A stretch of DNA of 64,000 nucleotides, taken from Alphaproteobacteria bacterium. Its GTDB lineage: Bacteria; Pseudomonadota; Alphaproteobacteria; SP197. Shown here in pieces: positions 17,978 to 28,232 of this stretch. Positions within the stretch are counted from its first letter, which is position 1; the number at the start of each line of letters is the position of its first letter. The position numbers and the translations under genes were made by a program. Below the pieces are notes generated by a model, which saw only the letters and a program-made list of their open reading frames with translations, was not told the DNA's origin and did not search any database. Location of the stretch: assembly GCA_965228895.1 (NCBI GenBank), contig OZ245842.1, positions 1,504,001 to 1,568,000 of the forward strand. Direction: 5' to 3'.

Positions 17978-18775
17978 ATGCAACAGCTTCCGGTCGTCGC
18001 CCGATTGTTTCCACTTGTGCTGCGAGGCGAGAAGACGTCGACCATCCGCTGGCGCGAGGCACCGATCGTGCCGGGGCCGATGATGTATGTCTGTGAAGGC
18101 GATCCGACGCGCACCGCCGTCGTCGTGGTGACGCGCTGCACGTCGATGCCGCTGAGCGATGTCGCGGTCTTTCTCGATCAGGTCGACGCGTGGCCTGATG
18201 ACGTCTTGTTGGCGGGCATGCGCGAGCACTATCCCGGTATCGCGCTCAGCGACACGGTCGACGTGATCGAGCATGAACCAATGAACGATCGGGCGCTGAT
18301 CATCGCGACACTGGCTCTCGATACGGGCGGGCGCGTCGGCATCTGTCGGTTGCCGGGGCTTTTTGGCGACCTTGCATCCGACCTCGCGCAGATCAAGCAA
18401 TGGCGGCCGTCGGTCGTGCTCTCCATGACCGAGCAGGCCGAAATGGACCGCTGTGGCAGCGGCAATCTCTGTTCGCTCCTGAAGCGTGACGGCATTGACT
18501 GGGCGCATCTGCCGATCCGCGATTTCGGAGGACTAGACGGTGAGGGCGCGGCGCGGTGGCCAGATCTAGCCGCGCGATTGCATGCCAAGCTGGGCCGTGG
18601 CGACGGCGTGCTCCTGCACTGTCGTGGCGGCAAGGGCCGGTCGGGCATGATTGCGTTGCGCTTGCTGGTTGAACGTGGTGACCAGCCCGACGTTGCGCTC
18701 CAGCGGCTGCGTCGTGAACGACCGGGCGCTGTCGAGACCAAAGAGCAATTGGCGTGGGCCTCGATGGCAGGGTAA
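17978..18775 (+). CDS. ASCH domain fused to a CDKN3-like/dual-specificity phosphatase
   Basis: N-terminal GEKTSTIR; C-terminal HLPIRDF, HCRGGKGRSG (CX5R) and RPGAVET.EQ. Confidence 0.75.
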   Translation: MQQLPVVARLFPLVLRGEKTSTIRWREAPIVPGPMMYVCEGDPTRTAVVVVTRCTSMPLSDVAVFLDQVDAWPDDVLLAGMREHYPGIALSDTVDVIEHEPMNDRALIIATLALDTGGRVGICRLPGLFGDLASDLAQIKQWRPSVVLSMTEQAEMDRCGSGNLCSLLKRDGIDWAHLPIRDFGGLDGEGAARWPDLAARLHAKLGRGDGVLLHCRGGKGRSGMIALRLLVERGDQPDVALQRLRRERPGAVETKEQLAWASMAG

Positions 18776-18801
18776 CTGCCGGCGTGAGCAGTTGCTGACG
18801 G

Positions 18802-20199
18802 CTACTGCGGGATGACGGTGCAGGTAACCTTGCGGTCCATGACGGCGGTGCAGAAGTTGGCGGCGGCAAAGGCGGAGTCGAAATAGCCGATCTGCACGCG
18901 ATAGATCAGGCCGGCGCCAGCAGAGCCTTCCTCGATGACGGGAATATGTTCGCCGACCACGCCGCCCAGCTCTGACTTCAGTTCACGCCACCCATCCTGC
19001 GCCTGTTCTTCGCTTCCGTAGTCGGCAAGTTCGACACGAATGCCGGTGTGTGAGAACGCGGACATGACCGGCAGTTGTTCGACCGGCACGACGACTTCAG
19101 CGACCTCCGCAACCTCAACCGGTTCGTCACTCACCGTCTCATCGGGCAGGACGGTATCGATGTCGGCGATGTTCTCGGCGGGCAAGGGGGGCATGGCGAC
19201 GTCATCGGTCGCCGTTTCGGTGATGGTATCGCCGATGTCGGCGACTTCGTCACTGGGGAGGCCATCATCGGATGACGGCGGTGCATCCGGCAGCGGCGCG
19301 ATGTCGTCGGCGGCATCCGGGGTGTCCGTCGGTGCAACCTCAACGCTTTCTGACTCCTGCGTGACCTCGACGGTCTCGTTCTCGTCGGCGCCCAGCGTAG
19401 CGACCTCAGTATCCAAATCTTCATTACTCAAAAGTTCGTCTGCGGCCAGACTGTCGACAGCCGCCACGATGTCGGCGCTGTCGCTGCTATCGACGATGTC
19501 CTCGGGTTCTGTCTGGACGCTTGCCTCGGGTGTTTCGTTCACCAGGGACTCATCCGGTTGGCTTTCCGGGTCGACCACATCGATTTCCGGAATTTGGCTG
19601 TCGATGGCCTCGACACCGGCTATGTCGGATTCAGCGGTTGCGGTATCCCCAACGTCGGCATCGCCGGTCCCTGTGTTGTCGCTGGAGACTGTGCTTGTGT
19701 CGGTCTCTGTCGCGCCTGACACCACTGATCCTGCGGCTGCCTCAGCCGTTGAATCCTGTGAGGGCGCGGTGGCGTTCGTGGCAAGGACTTCCTGATCCGC
19801 TTGGCTGACCACACCGCTCGACGACGAATCCGACGCTCCCGCCACATCTGTCGATGTATCGGCCGTCTGCTCGTCGATCCAGGTTCCGACGTCGTCGGCG
19901 GCCGATCCAACCGCCGTTACGGAATCGGCCCAGGGGTCGCCACCGCCTTCTCGATAGAGGTAGGCGCCACCTGCTATGGCGGCCACGATAACAATGCCGC
20001 CAAGGCCGGCGCCGAGGCGTTTGAGCCGGCGACGCAAGCGCCAATTGATCGGACGCCCCGCGACGTCGCCCTTCAAGGCGGCGCGTTGCTCGACGGCCGC
20101 AACAAAGTCGTCGCTTGGCGAGTCGTCGACAGCACGAAGCGCGCCGAACTCCGGCGGCGTCCGCATGGGGGCGTCGTTACTGTCTGCCTGCTCAACCAT
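18802..20199 (-). CDS. SPOR-domain protein with one TM and a long acidic linker (FtsN-like architecture)
   Basis: Basic patch plus TM, about 290 aa D/E/T/S-rich linker, C-terminal YRVQIG.F..A..FC....C. Confidence 0.8.
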   Translation of the reverse strand: MVEQADSNDAPMRTPPEFGALRAVDDSPSDDFVAAVEQRAALKGDVAGRPINWRLRRRLKRLGAGLGGIVIVAAIAGGAYLYREGGGDPWADSVTAVGSAADDVGTWIDEQTADTSTDVAGASDSSSSGVVSQADQEVLATNATAPSQDSTAEAAAGSVVSGATETDTSTVSSDNTGTGDADVGDTATAESDIAGVEAIDSQIPEIDVVDPESQPDESLVNETPEASVQTEPEDIVDSSDSADIVAAVDSLAADELLSNEDLDTEVATLGADENETVEVTQESESVEVAPTDTPDAADDIAPLPDAPPSSDDGLPSDEVADIGDTITETATDDVAMPPLPAENIADIDTVLPDETVSDEPVEVAEVAEVVVPVEQLPVMSAFSHTGIRVELADYGSEEQAQDGWRELKSELGGVVGEHIPVIEEGSAGAGLIYRVQIGYFDSAFAAANFCTAVMDRKVTCTVIPQ

Positions 20200-20229
20200 C
20201 TAACACATCATCACCATTTGGCGCTCGGT

Positions 20230-20335
20230 CGACTCGCACGTCAGTGGCGAGTGGAGGTGCCTCTTCGCCCTCATACGTGGCGCTTGCGGAATCGACTCGG
20301 CGCAACACGCCACAGGCTTCATATGGCCCGACTCG
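20230..20335 (-). promoter_or_regulatory. Cluster of four GANTC (CcrM-type) sites upstream of the SPOR gene
   Basis: CGAGTCG on the minus strand at 20230-36, 20293-99 and 20329-35, plus GAATC at 20289. Confidence 0.5.
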
Positions 20336-20476
20336 CCGACATTTCCATGTACCCAATTAGGCTATCGAAATGTGGGGTTTGTGTGTCTGACTGCCGGCTC
20401 ATGTCAGACGTGCCCTGGGGTTTGCATGTCGACCGGCTCGACCGAAGACAATGGCCAGACAACACGCGAAAACAGG

Positions 20477-21283
20477 TTAGCCGGTGGCAATTAAGATATC
20501 GTAAAGCGCCGTCCAGCTTGTTGCATCGGGAGCGATCAAGATGCCGTCGGTGAACGGCGGTCCGTCCGGGCGATAGGCCGTGCCGTCAATGTGGCGGGCA
20601 TGGCCACCGGCCTCGGCATGCAGCAGCATGCCGGCCGCGTGATCCCACGGCGCCAGCTTGCGATAGAGACCGTAGTCGAGCCGTCCTGAGGCAAGCGCCA
20701 GATATTCCAGCGCGGCGCAGCGCAAATCGACGAAGGGCGGCACCTGCTGACAGCGTTCGACGATCCGCAACGGCAGAGCGCGGTTGCCGAACCGCAGCTT
20801 CACCGTTCCGAACATGCGGGCCGGCTCCTTCGGCGCGGCCACGTGGATCGCTTTGCCGTTACAGGTCGCGCCATCGCCGCGCGATGCCAGCGCCATGTCG
20901 CCGTGGACGGGATCGTGCAGGCACGCCACCAGGGTCTCGCCATGACGGGCCAGCGCCACGATCACGCCGAACAGGGGTATTCCGGCGGCGAAATTGGTTG
21001 TGCCGTCGACGGGATCGATGATCCACACCGGCTCATCGGTGGACAGGCGATCCAGAACCGCCGGGTCGGTAGAGGCGGCTTCCTCGCCGACAATCAGGGC
21101 ACCGGGAAGCAGCTCGCCCAACCGTCGGGCGAGCTTTGCCTCGGCGGCTTCGTCGGCGACGGTCACCATGTCGCCAGGCGCCTTGTCGCGGATATCGCCG
21201 GCCGCCAACTGCCGGAAGCGGGGCATGATCTCACTGGCCGCGGTCTCGGCGACGATGGCGGCAAGCTTGTCGGGATCAACCAT
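20477..21283 (-). CDS. Inositol monophosphatase family protein
   Basis: VT.AD, GEE, WIIDPVDGTTNF, PWDHAAG. Confidence 0.92.
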   Translation of the reverse strand: MVDPDKLAAIVAETAASEIMPRFRQLAAGDIRDKAPGDMVTVADEAAEAKLARRLGELLPGALIVGEEAASTDPAVLDRLSTDEPVWIIDPVDGTTNFAAGIPLFGVIVALARHGETLVACLHDPVHGDMALASRGDGATCNGKAIHVAAPKEPARMFGTVKLRFGNRALPLRIVERCQQVPPFVDLRCAALEYLALASGRLDYGLYRKLAPWDHAAGMLLHAEAGGHARHIDGTAYRPDGPPFTDGILIAPDATSWTALYDILIATG

Positions 21284-21395
21284 GCTGACCTCATTGGTTT
21301 GGCATTGATGTGGCGGCCTGTCGATCGGCCTACTGGATCATTGGAACGGGCCGGGCCAAGATGCGGCCGCCTGTTAACCACAACGTCTCCTGTCC

Positions 21396-21698
21396 ATGCC
21401 CGTCATTGACCCCAGCCGCAAGGATCTTGTCGCCGAATTCATGGCGCAGCCCGTTGGTCCCCATAGTGGCGACCTCAGGCGCATGCTGAATGCGATGCGG
21501 ACCGATCCGACCTTGCCGCCTTACATCCTTGTTTGTGTCGAACCGTTCCGGAAGTGGCGATTGGCGCAGAAGGTCGGCGCCAGGGGAACGCCGGTCGAGC
21601 TGGTCGGCGACATCGCGTTTGACGATCCTTTGGAGGCCGAGCGCGCCGTGTTCCGTCTGCGCTGGAAAGCGCTGACCGGCGAGGAGCTGTCGCCGTGA
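21396..21698 (+). CDS. N,N-dimethylformamidase small-subunit-like protein
   Basis: EF...P.GPHS.DL.R.L..MR and AE.AVFRLRW; GTGA overlap with the large subunit. Confidence 0.75.
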   Translation: MPVIDPSRKDLVAEFMAQPVGPHSGDLRRMLNAMRTDPTLPPYILVCVEPFRKWRLAQKVGARGTPVELVGDIAFDDPLEAERAVFRLRWKALTGEELSP

Positions 21699-23950
21699 GT
21701 GAGCTGCCGGAGAAGAAGATCATCGGCTATGGCGACCGCCTTGCCGTGGCCCCAGGCGAAACCATCGCCTTCAAGATCAGCGCCGAGGACACCGACAGTT
21801 TCCGCGCCGACATCGTGCGGCTGATGTCCGGCGATCTGCATCCCGACGGGCGCGGCCTGATCGAGCACGTGGTGGCGACGCCGGCCTCAGGCGACTACGC
21901 GGCGCGGGTCCAGCCGATCCACGCGGGGTCCTATGCGGTTATTGACGGGGACACGGACCTGTTGGCATCGGCCAGCTTCACCTTGTGTGGCTGGATCTGG
22001 CCGACTCTGCCGGGCGATGGCGAACAGGTGATCATGGGATCCTGGGATGCCGCCAAAGAGCGTGGCGCCGCGCTTTTTCTGGACAGCGATGGCGCGGTCG
22101 CCATGAAGCTGGGAGGGGCTGGAGGCAAGACGGTCTCGACCGGTGTGCCGCTTCTGGCGCGCGAATGGGCCTGGGTCGGCGCGAGCTTTGACGGCGACAG
22201 CGGCAGCGTTCGCGTCTGGCAGCGGCCGGCGAAGGAGTATCCGGGTATGGCGCGCAGGGCCGATAGGGAGGGTGAGGCCGCAAACCCACCCGATACGAAC
22301 GCAGTGTCCTTCCGCATCGCCGCCGCTGGTGATGGGGCGCGCGGGCCGCAAGCCGCGGCGTATCATTACAACGGCAAGATCGACGCGCCGCGCGTGGCGT
22401 CCAGCGTGCTTGATGAGGCCGAGGCGCTGCGTTTTCAGAACAATCCCCGCCACTGCGACACCGCCGTTGCGGCGTGGGATTTTGCGTTGGCCACAAACGG
22501 CGACCGAATCATCGATACCGGTCCCAACGGTTGCGACGGACGGCTGATCAACCTGCCGGCCCGCGCCATGAAAGGACACAACTGGACGGGCGCGGTACTC
22601 GACTGGACCAAGGCACCGGACGAGTACGGCGCCATCCATTTCCACGACGACGACATCTATGACTGCGGCTGGCAGGACGATGTCGCCCTGCAGGTCCCCG
22701 ATGATCTCGCCAGCGGTATCTATGCGGCGCGGATCGTGGCGGGCGATCAGCATGACCGCATCCCGTTTGTCGTGTTGCCGCCGCGCGGCAAGGCGACGGC
22801 GGATGCGTTGTTCCTGATGCCCAGCGCCAGCTACATGGCTTACGCCAACGAGCATTCTGCTGTGCAAGGCGGCGGTTACCTGCAGGCGTTCTCGAACGGC
22901 TTGAACGGTCTCTCGGCCCAGGACCTGCTGCTCGATCAGCGGCCTGATCTCGGCTATTCGCTCTATGACGTGCACAGCGACGGCAGCGGCGTCTGTTACA
23001 GCTCGCGGCTCAGACCCGTCCTCAACTTCCGGCCCGGTGTCACCAACGCCTGGGTCGGCCCGGCCGGCACCTATCCCTGGGAGTTCAATGCGGACCTGCC
23101 CTTGATCGATTGGCTCGATCATGAGGGTTTCGCATGCGACGTCGCGACCGACGAGGAACTGAATAACGAAGGTCTCGATCTCCTGAACCGTTACCGCGTC
23201 GTCCTGACCGGCAGCCATCCCGAATATTACTCGCTTGCCATGCATGACGCGTTGTCGGCCTGGCTCAATCAGGGCGGCCGGATGATGTATTTGGGCGGTA
23301 ACGGATTCTATTGGCGTGTCGCCTATCACCCGGACATGCCCGGCGTCATCGAACTGCGGCGCGGCGAAGACGGTATCCGCGACTGGGTCGCGGAGGGCGG
23401 TGAGTACTATCACGGCTTTGACGGCACCTATGGTGGCATGTGGGAGCGCCAGGGGCGGCCGATCCATGCGCTGGCTGGCGTCGGCATGGCGGGGCAGGGC
23501 TTTGACGTCTCGTCCTATTACCGGCGCACCGAGGCGAGCAAGGACCCGCGAGCCGCCTTCGTTTTCGACGGCGTCCCCGACGAGATCATCGGCGATTTCG
23601 GTACCGTCGGCGGCGGCGCGGCCGGCATCGAGGTCGACCGTTATGACCGCAGCAAAGGCTCACCGCCCCATGCCTTGGTCCTGGCATCGTCTGAAGGTCA
23701 TTCGGACACCTATTATCCAGGGCCCGAGGAGATCGATAACGCATCGCCGCTGATCGACGGTTCGCAGAATGCCAAGCTGCGTGCCGACATGGTGTTTTTC
23801 GAAACGCCTGGCGGTGGTGCTGTCTTCTCGACCGGATCCATCGCCTGGATTGGAAGCCTCACCTCCAACGGCTTTGACAACAACGTGGCGCGGGTAACCG
23901 GCAATGTGTTGCGCCGATTCTTGAAACCCGAGAGGTTTCCGGCGCCCTAA
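21695..23950 (+). CDS. N,N-dimethylformamidase large-subunit family protein
   Basis: YGAIHFHDDD, SY.AYAN, SLYD.HSDGSG, GSHPEYY, YLGGNGFYW, GAVFSTGSI.W. Confidence 0.88.
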   Translation: MSELPEKKIIGYGDRLAVAPGETIAFKISAEDTDSFRADIVRLMSGDLHPDGRGLIEHVVATPASGDYAARVQPIHAGSYAVIDGDTDLLASASFTLCGWIWPTLPGDGEQVIMGSWDAAKERGAALFLDSDGAVAMKLGGAGGKTVSTGVPLLAREWAWVGASFDGDSGSVRVWQRPAKEYPGMARRADREGEAANPPDTNAVSFRIAAAGDGARGPQAAAYHYNGKIDAPRVASSVLDEAEALRFQNNPRHCDTAVAAWDFALATNGDRIIDTGPNGCDGRLINLPARAMKGHNWTGAVLDWTKAPDEYGAIHFHDDDIYDCGWQDDVALQVPDDLASGIYAARIVAGDQHDRIPFVVLPPRGKATADALFLMPSASYMAYANEHSAVQGGGYLQAFSNGLNGLSAQDLLLDQRPDLGYSLYDVHSDGSGVCYSSRLRPVLNFRPGVTNAWVGPAGTYPWEFNADLPLIDWLDHEGFACDVATDEELNNEGLDLLNRYRVVLTGSHPEYYSLAMHDALSAWLNQGGRMMYLGGNGFYWRVAYHPDMPGVIELRRGEDGIRDWVAEGGEYYHGFDGTYGGMWERQGRPIHALAGVGMAGQGFDVSSYYRRTEASKDPRAAFVFDGVPDEIIGDFGTVGGGAAGIEVDRYDRSKGSPPHALVLASSEGHSDTYYPGPEEIDNASPLIDGSQNAKLRADMVFFETPGGGAVFSTGSIAWIGSLTSNGFDNNVARVTGNVLRRFLKPERFPAP

Positions 23951-23965
23951 CAATGAGGAGTTTGC

Positions 23966-25018
23966 GTGAAAACGTCGGTTGAAGCGCCGGCGCTGATGGC
24001 GCTGGCTTCAAACTCTCCGGTTTTCTCGGCCGATGAGGCACGCCAGGCCGCCGCAGCGCTTTACGGCATCGATGCCGAAGCGGAGCCGAAGTCGAGCGAG
24101 CGCGACCGCAACTTCAGGGTCAATGCCGCGCCTCAGGCGGACATCGTCTTGAAGGTTTGCAACGTCAACGAGGATCCCGCCGTCATCGACTTTCAGATTG
24201 CCGCGCTGCGTCATATCGAAGAGACGGACCGGAGGTTGCCAGTACCGCGCGTCGTTCTGACGCGCGCCGGCGAGACCCGTACGCGCATCGACAGCAAGGC
24301 TGGTGAAAGCCTGATCGTCTTTGCGCTTACCTATTGCCCCGGCGTTCCGATCAAGGAAACCGTGTTGTCGCCGGCCATCATGGGTTCGATCGGCGCAACG
24401 CTTGCCAAGCTGGGTCTCGCGCTTGAGTCATTTGATCATCCCGCTCCCGAACAAGCGCTGGTGTGGGATGTCCGGCGCGCCGAGGCCATGCGCGAGCATG
24501 TGCCGTTGATCGGTGATCAAGAGGCCGAGAGACTGGTCTGCGAGACCCTCGATACATTCACGGCGGAAACACTGCCGAGATTTGCCGGCTTCCGGCATCA
24601 GGTGATCCACAACGACGCCAATCGCGGCAACATCCTGGTTCTGCCCGATGGCGCTGTCAGCGGAGTTATCGACTTCGGCGACATGGTCTACGCGCCGCTG
24701 GTCCAGGACGTCTCGACGGCAGCCATGGAACTGGCCGGGGCGACGGACGATCCGGTTGGCTTCATAGAGCCGTTCCTCGAGAGCTACGTAGCCGGCAACC
24801 GTCTGTCGAAAGACGAGGTCGATTGTATCTATGACTGCGTGATGGCGCGTCTTGCCGTGTGCGTTCTCGTCTATGCATGGCGGGCGGCGAACAAGGCGGA
24901 GTCACGCTTTGATGCACCTGCCGAAGTGAAACGTTTCTTTGCCGAAATGAAACAGATCGATGCCGTCGGCCGCAATGCGGCGACCGGACGGTTTCACACC
25001 GCCTGCGGGACCACCTGA
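23966..25018 (+). CDS. APH-fold phosphotransferase (hydroxylysine kinase / type II homoserine kinase-like)
   Basis: SERDRNF, VLK, QVIHNDAN..N, GVIDFGD; GAGGAG RBS. Confidence 0.85.
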   Translation: MKTSVEAPALMALASNSPVFSADEARQAAAALYGIDAEAEPKSSERDRNFRVNAAPQADIVLKVCNVNEDPAVIDFQIAALRHIEETDRRLPVPRVVLTRAGETRTRIDSKAGESLIVFALTYCPGVPIKETVLSPAIMGSIGATLAKLGLALESFDHPAPEQALVWDVRRAEAMREHVPLIGDQEAERLVCETLDTFTAETLPRFAGFRHQVIHNDANRGNILVLPDGAVSGVIDFGDMVYAPLVQDVSTAAMELAGATDDPVGFIEPFLESYVAGNRLSKDEVDCIYDCVMARLAVCVLVYAWRAANKAESRFDAPAEVKRFFAEMKQIDAVGRNAATGRFHTACGTT

Positions 25019-25022
25019 CGGC

Positions 25023-25064
25023 AAAAGAGAAAGGGGCCGCGGCAAAAGCCGCGACCCCAATCTT
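25023..25064. terminator. Intrinsic terminator between the convergent kinase and groEL genes
   Basis: GGGGCCGCGGC-aaaa-GCCGCGACCCC stem flanked by A-rich and T-rich tracts. Confidence 0.8.
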
Positions 25065-25086
25065 TGGCAACGAAGGTTGGCCAGGC

Positions 25087-26745
<1,659 letters not shown>

Positions 26746-26795
26746 TTACTCCTTAGAATTGATTGGATTGTCGGAATCGCGAGAGGGAAAGACGC

Positions 26796-27110
26796 TTAAG
26801 CGGCTTTCTTGCGCGACGCCTTCACTTCGATGATGCCCATGATGTCGCTCTCCTTCATGATCAGGAGATCTTCACCATCCAGCTTGACTTCGGTGCCCGA
26901 CCACTTGCCGAAAAGCACACGGTCGCCGGCCTTGACGTCGAGCGGCTGAACCTTGCCGTTCTCGTCGCGCGCGCCGGAACCAACGGAGACGATCTCGCCT
27001 TCCATCGGCTTTTCTTTGGCGGTGTCGGGGATGATGATGCCGCCAGCGGTCTTTTCTTCGCTGTCGAGGCGGCGTACGAGCACGCGATCGTGCAGAGGCC
27101 TGAAGCCCAT
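26796..27110 (-). CDS. groES: Co-chaperonin GroES
   Basis: [28 protein letters not shown]. Confidence 0.99.
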   Translation of the reverse strand: MGFRPLHDRVLVRRLDSEEKTAGGIIIPDTAKEKPMEGEIVSVGSGARDENGKVQPLDVKAGDRVLFGKWSGTEVKLDGEDLLIMKESDIMGIIEVKASRKKAA

Positions 27111-27159
27111 AGAGCAACTCCCTAGGTTGTCACGTCAGAATTAGGTTTCCGCGAAGCTG

Positions 27160-27186
27160 CTAGCACTCCCGCTCCGCGAGTGCCAG
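27160..27186. promoter_or_regulatory. CIRCE element (HrcA operator)
   Basis: CTAGCACTC-N9-GAGTGCCAG upstream of groES. Confidence 0.92.
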
Positions 27187-27188
27187 AC

Positions 27189-27218
27189 AGATGGGCCTAT
27201 GGCCCTCTGGAGTCAAGG
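27189..27218 (-). promoter_or_regulatory. RpoH-type promoter of groESL
   Basis: Minus strand CCTTGA-N17-CCCATCT directly before the CIRCE. Confidence 0.7.
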
Positions 27219-27388
27219 AATTGTGAGTCCATTTTCTTCAAAAAGTGCGCCGTTTGATGCGTTTCACCTCGAAGATGGACGAGAAACCGGGTTGTGTTCA
27301 GCCAGCTGGTTCGTCCGGATTATCACTATAGTTGTAAAGCGAGTCGCCTGATATTTGCTGCCCTAGAGTATTCGTTAGGTTACATGCG

Positions 27389-27415
27389 CTGGCAGCATGG
27401 TTATCGGAGTGCTAG
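27389..27415. promoter_or_regulatory. Degenerate second CIRCE upstream of usg
   Basis: CTGGCAGCA-N9-GAGTGCTAG. Confidence 0.5.
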
Positions 27416-27515
27416 CATAGGAAAATTAGTGGAGCAGTTGCTGAAAGGTGTTGATCCTTATCGTCTGAGTGCGCACGATTGCAGGGTGTTGTCTGTATGA
27501 GCGTATGAGAAACCA

Positions 27516-27779
27516 ATGAAAGCATTCGAACGACAACTCAACGACTATCGCCTGACCACGGTCGACGTGACCTATTTCATGCCCGACCATCCCGGCCTGC
27601 TGCAGACCTTTATCTGGCAGTGCCTGGACCTGCCGCCCAAGTTTCCGGTTGTCCGGCGGTTTCTCGACTTCTGGGAGCTCAGGCTGGATGGTCGCCTGCA
27701 TTCGGTGCGAATCGACCAGGCCGGCCCCATGATCGATGGCGAATGGCGCCATCTGGGGACCGAAAACCTCCTGCACTAG
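27516..27779 (+). CDS. usg: Usg family protein
   Basis: YRLTT..V.Y.MPDHP.LLQTFIWQ..DL.PKFP...FLDFW...LDG.LHSV. Confidence 0.9.
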   Translation: MKAFERQLNDYRLTTVDVTYFMPDHPGLLQTFIWQCLDLPPKFPVVRRFLDFWELRLDGRLHSVRIDQAGPMIDGEWRHLGTENLLH

Positions 27780-27886
27780 CCGGCGCCAATGACGGGCTTG
27801 TGCAGGGGTGTCAGAGCCAATCGTCGCGGCTGGCAAAATTTGATCGCCCGGCCTTAGAAACGCCTCAATTAAACACCATTTGGAAA

Positions 27887-28090
27887 GGTGAGGGACGAAC
27901 CGGGTGGTTCCCCGTGGCTGCCTCGTGCGGCCATTCTCCCGGTATCGACTCCCCTTACGATCCGGGCGGCGCTCGCACCGCCCGGGCGCCGGATCCGCGC
28001 TAAACGGACCGGCATTAGGATCGCGCGACGGCGGACCTCCTCCTAGCGCCCCCTTTGGAATGGCCGTTGTCGTGCGATCCGCCTTTCTTT
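27887..28090 (+). ncRNA. Candidate multi-hairpin sRNA with CCUCCUCC loop
   Basis: Five consecutive hairpins; terminal 17-bp stem with three G.U pairs (plus-strand specific) and a U-rich tail; ends approximate. Confidence 0.55.
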
Positions 28091-28232
28091 AGTCCTCACT
28101 AGTCTTTTGATTCAAGTGCTTAGGCTTGAATTTTCAAGTGATACATCGTACGGTCATCGCAGAATTTCCGAGGTTGCGTGCCGGTCTGACCGCCATGGAT
28201 GCGGAAGATTGGGACCGTGGGGGGAAGGGCTT

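Noticed and set aside
19040-19900. Possible tandem repeat or array in the SPOR gene
   Set aside because: Low-complexity acidic linker with no repeated unit at DNA level.
21887-23467. 526-aa antisense ORF, and similar long shadow ORFs at 3873-5003, 25696-26799, 28290-29471 and 31398-32546
   Set aside because: They lie opposite well-supported genes, lack motifs, and are expected from stop-codon scarcity in high-GC DNA.
27899-28080. CRISPR array, tRNA or REP cluster
   Set aside because: The hairpins differ in sequence, with no repeat-spacer periodicity, cloverleaf or cas genes.
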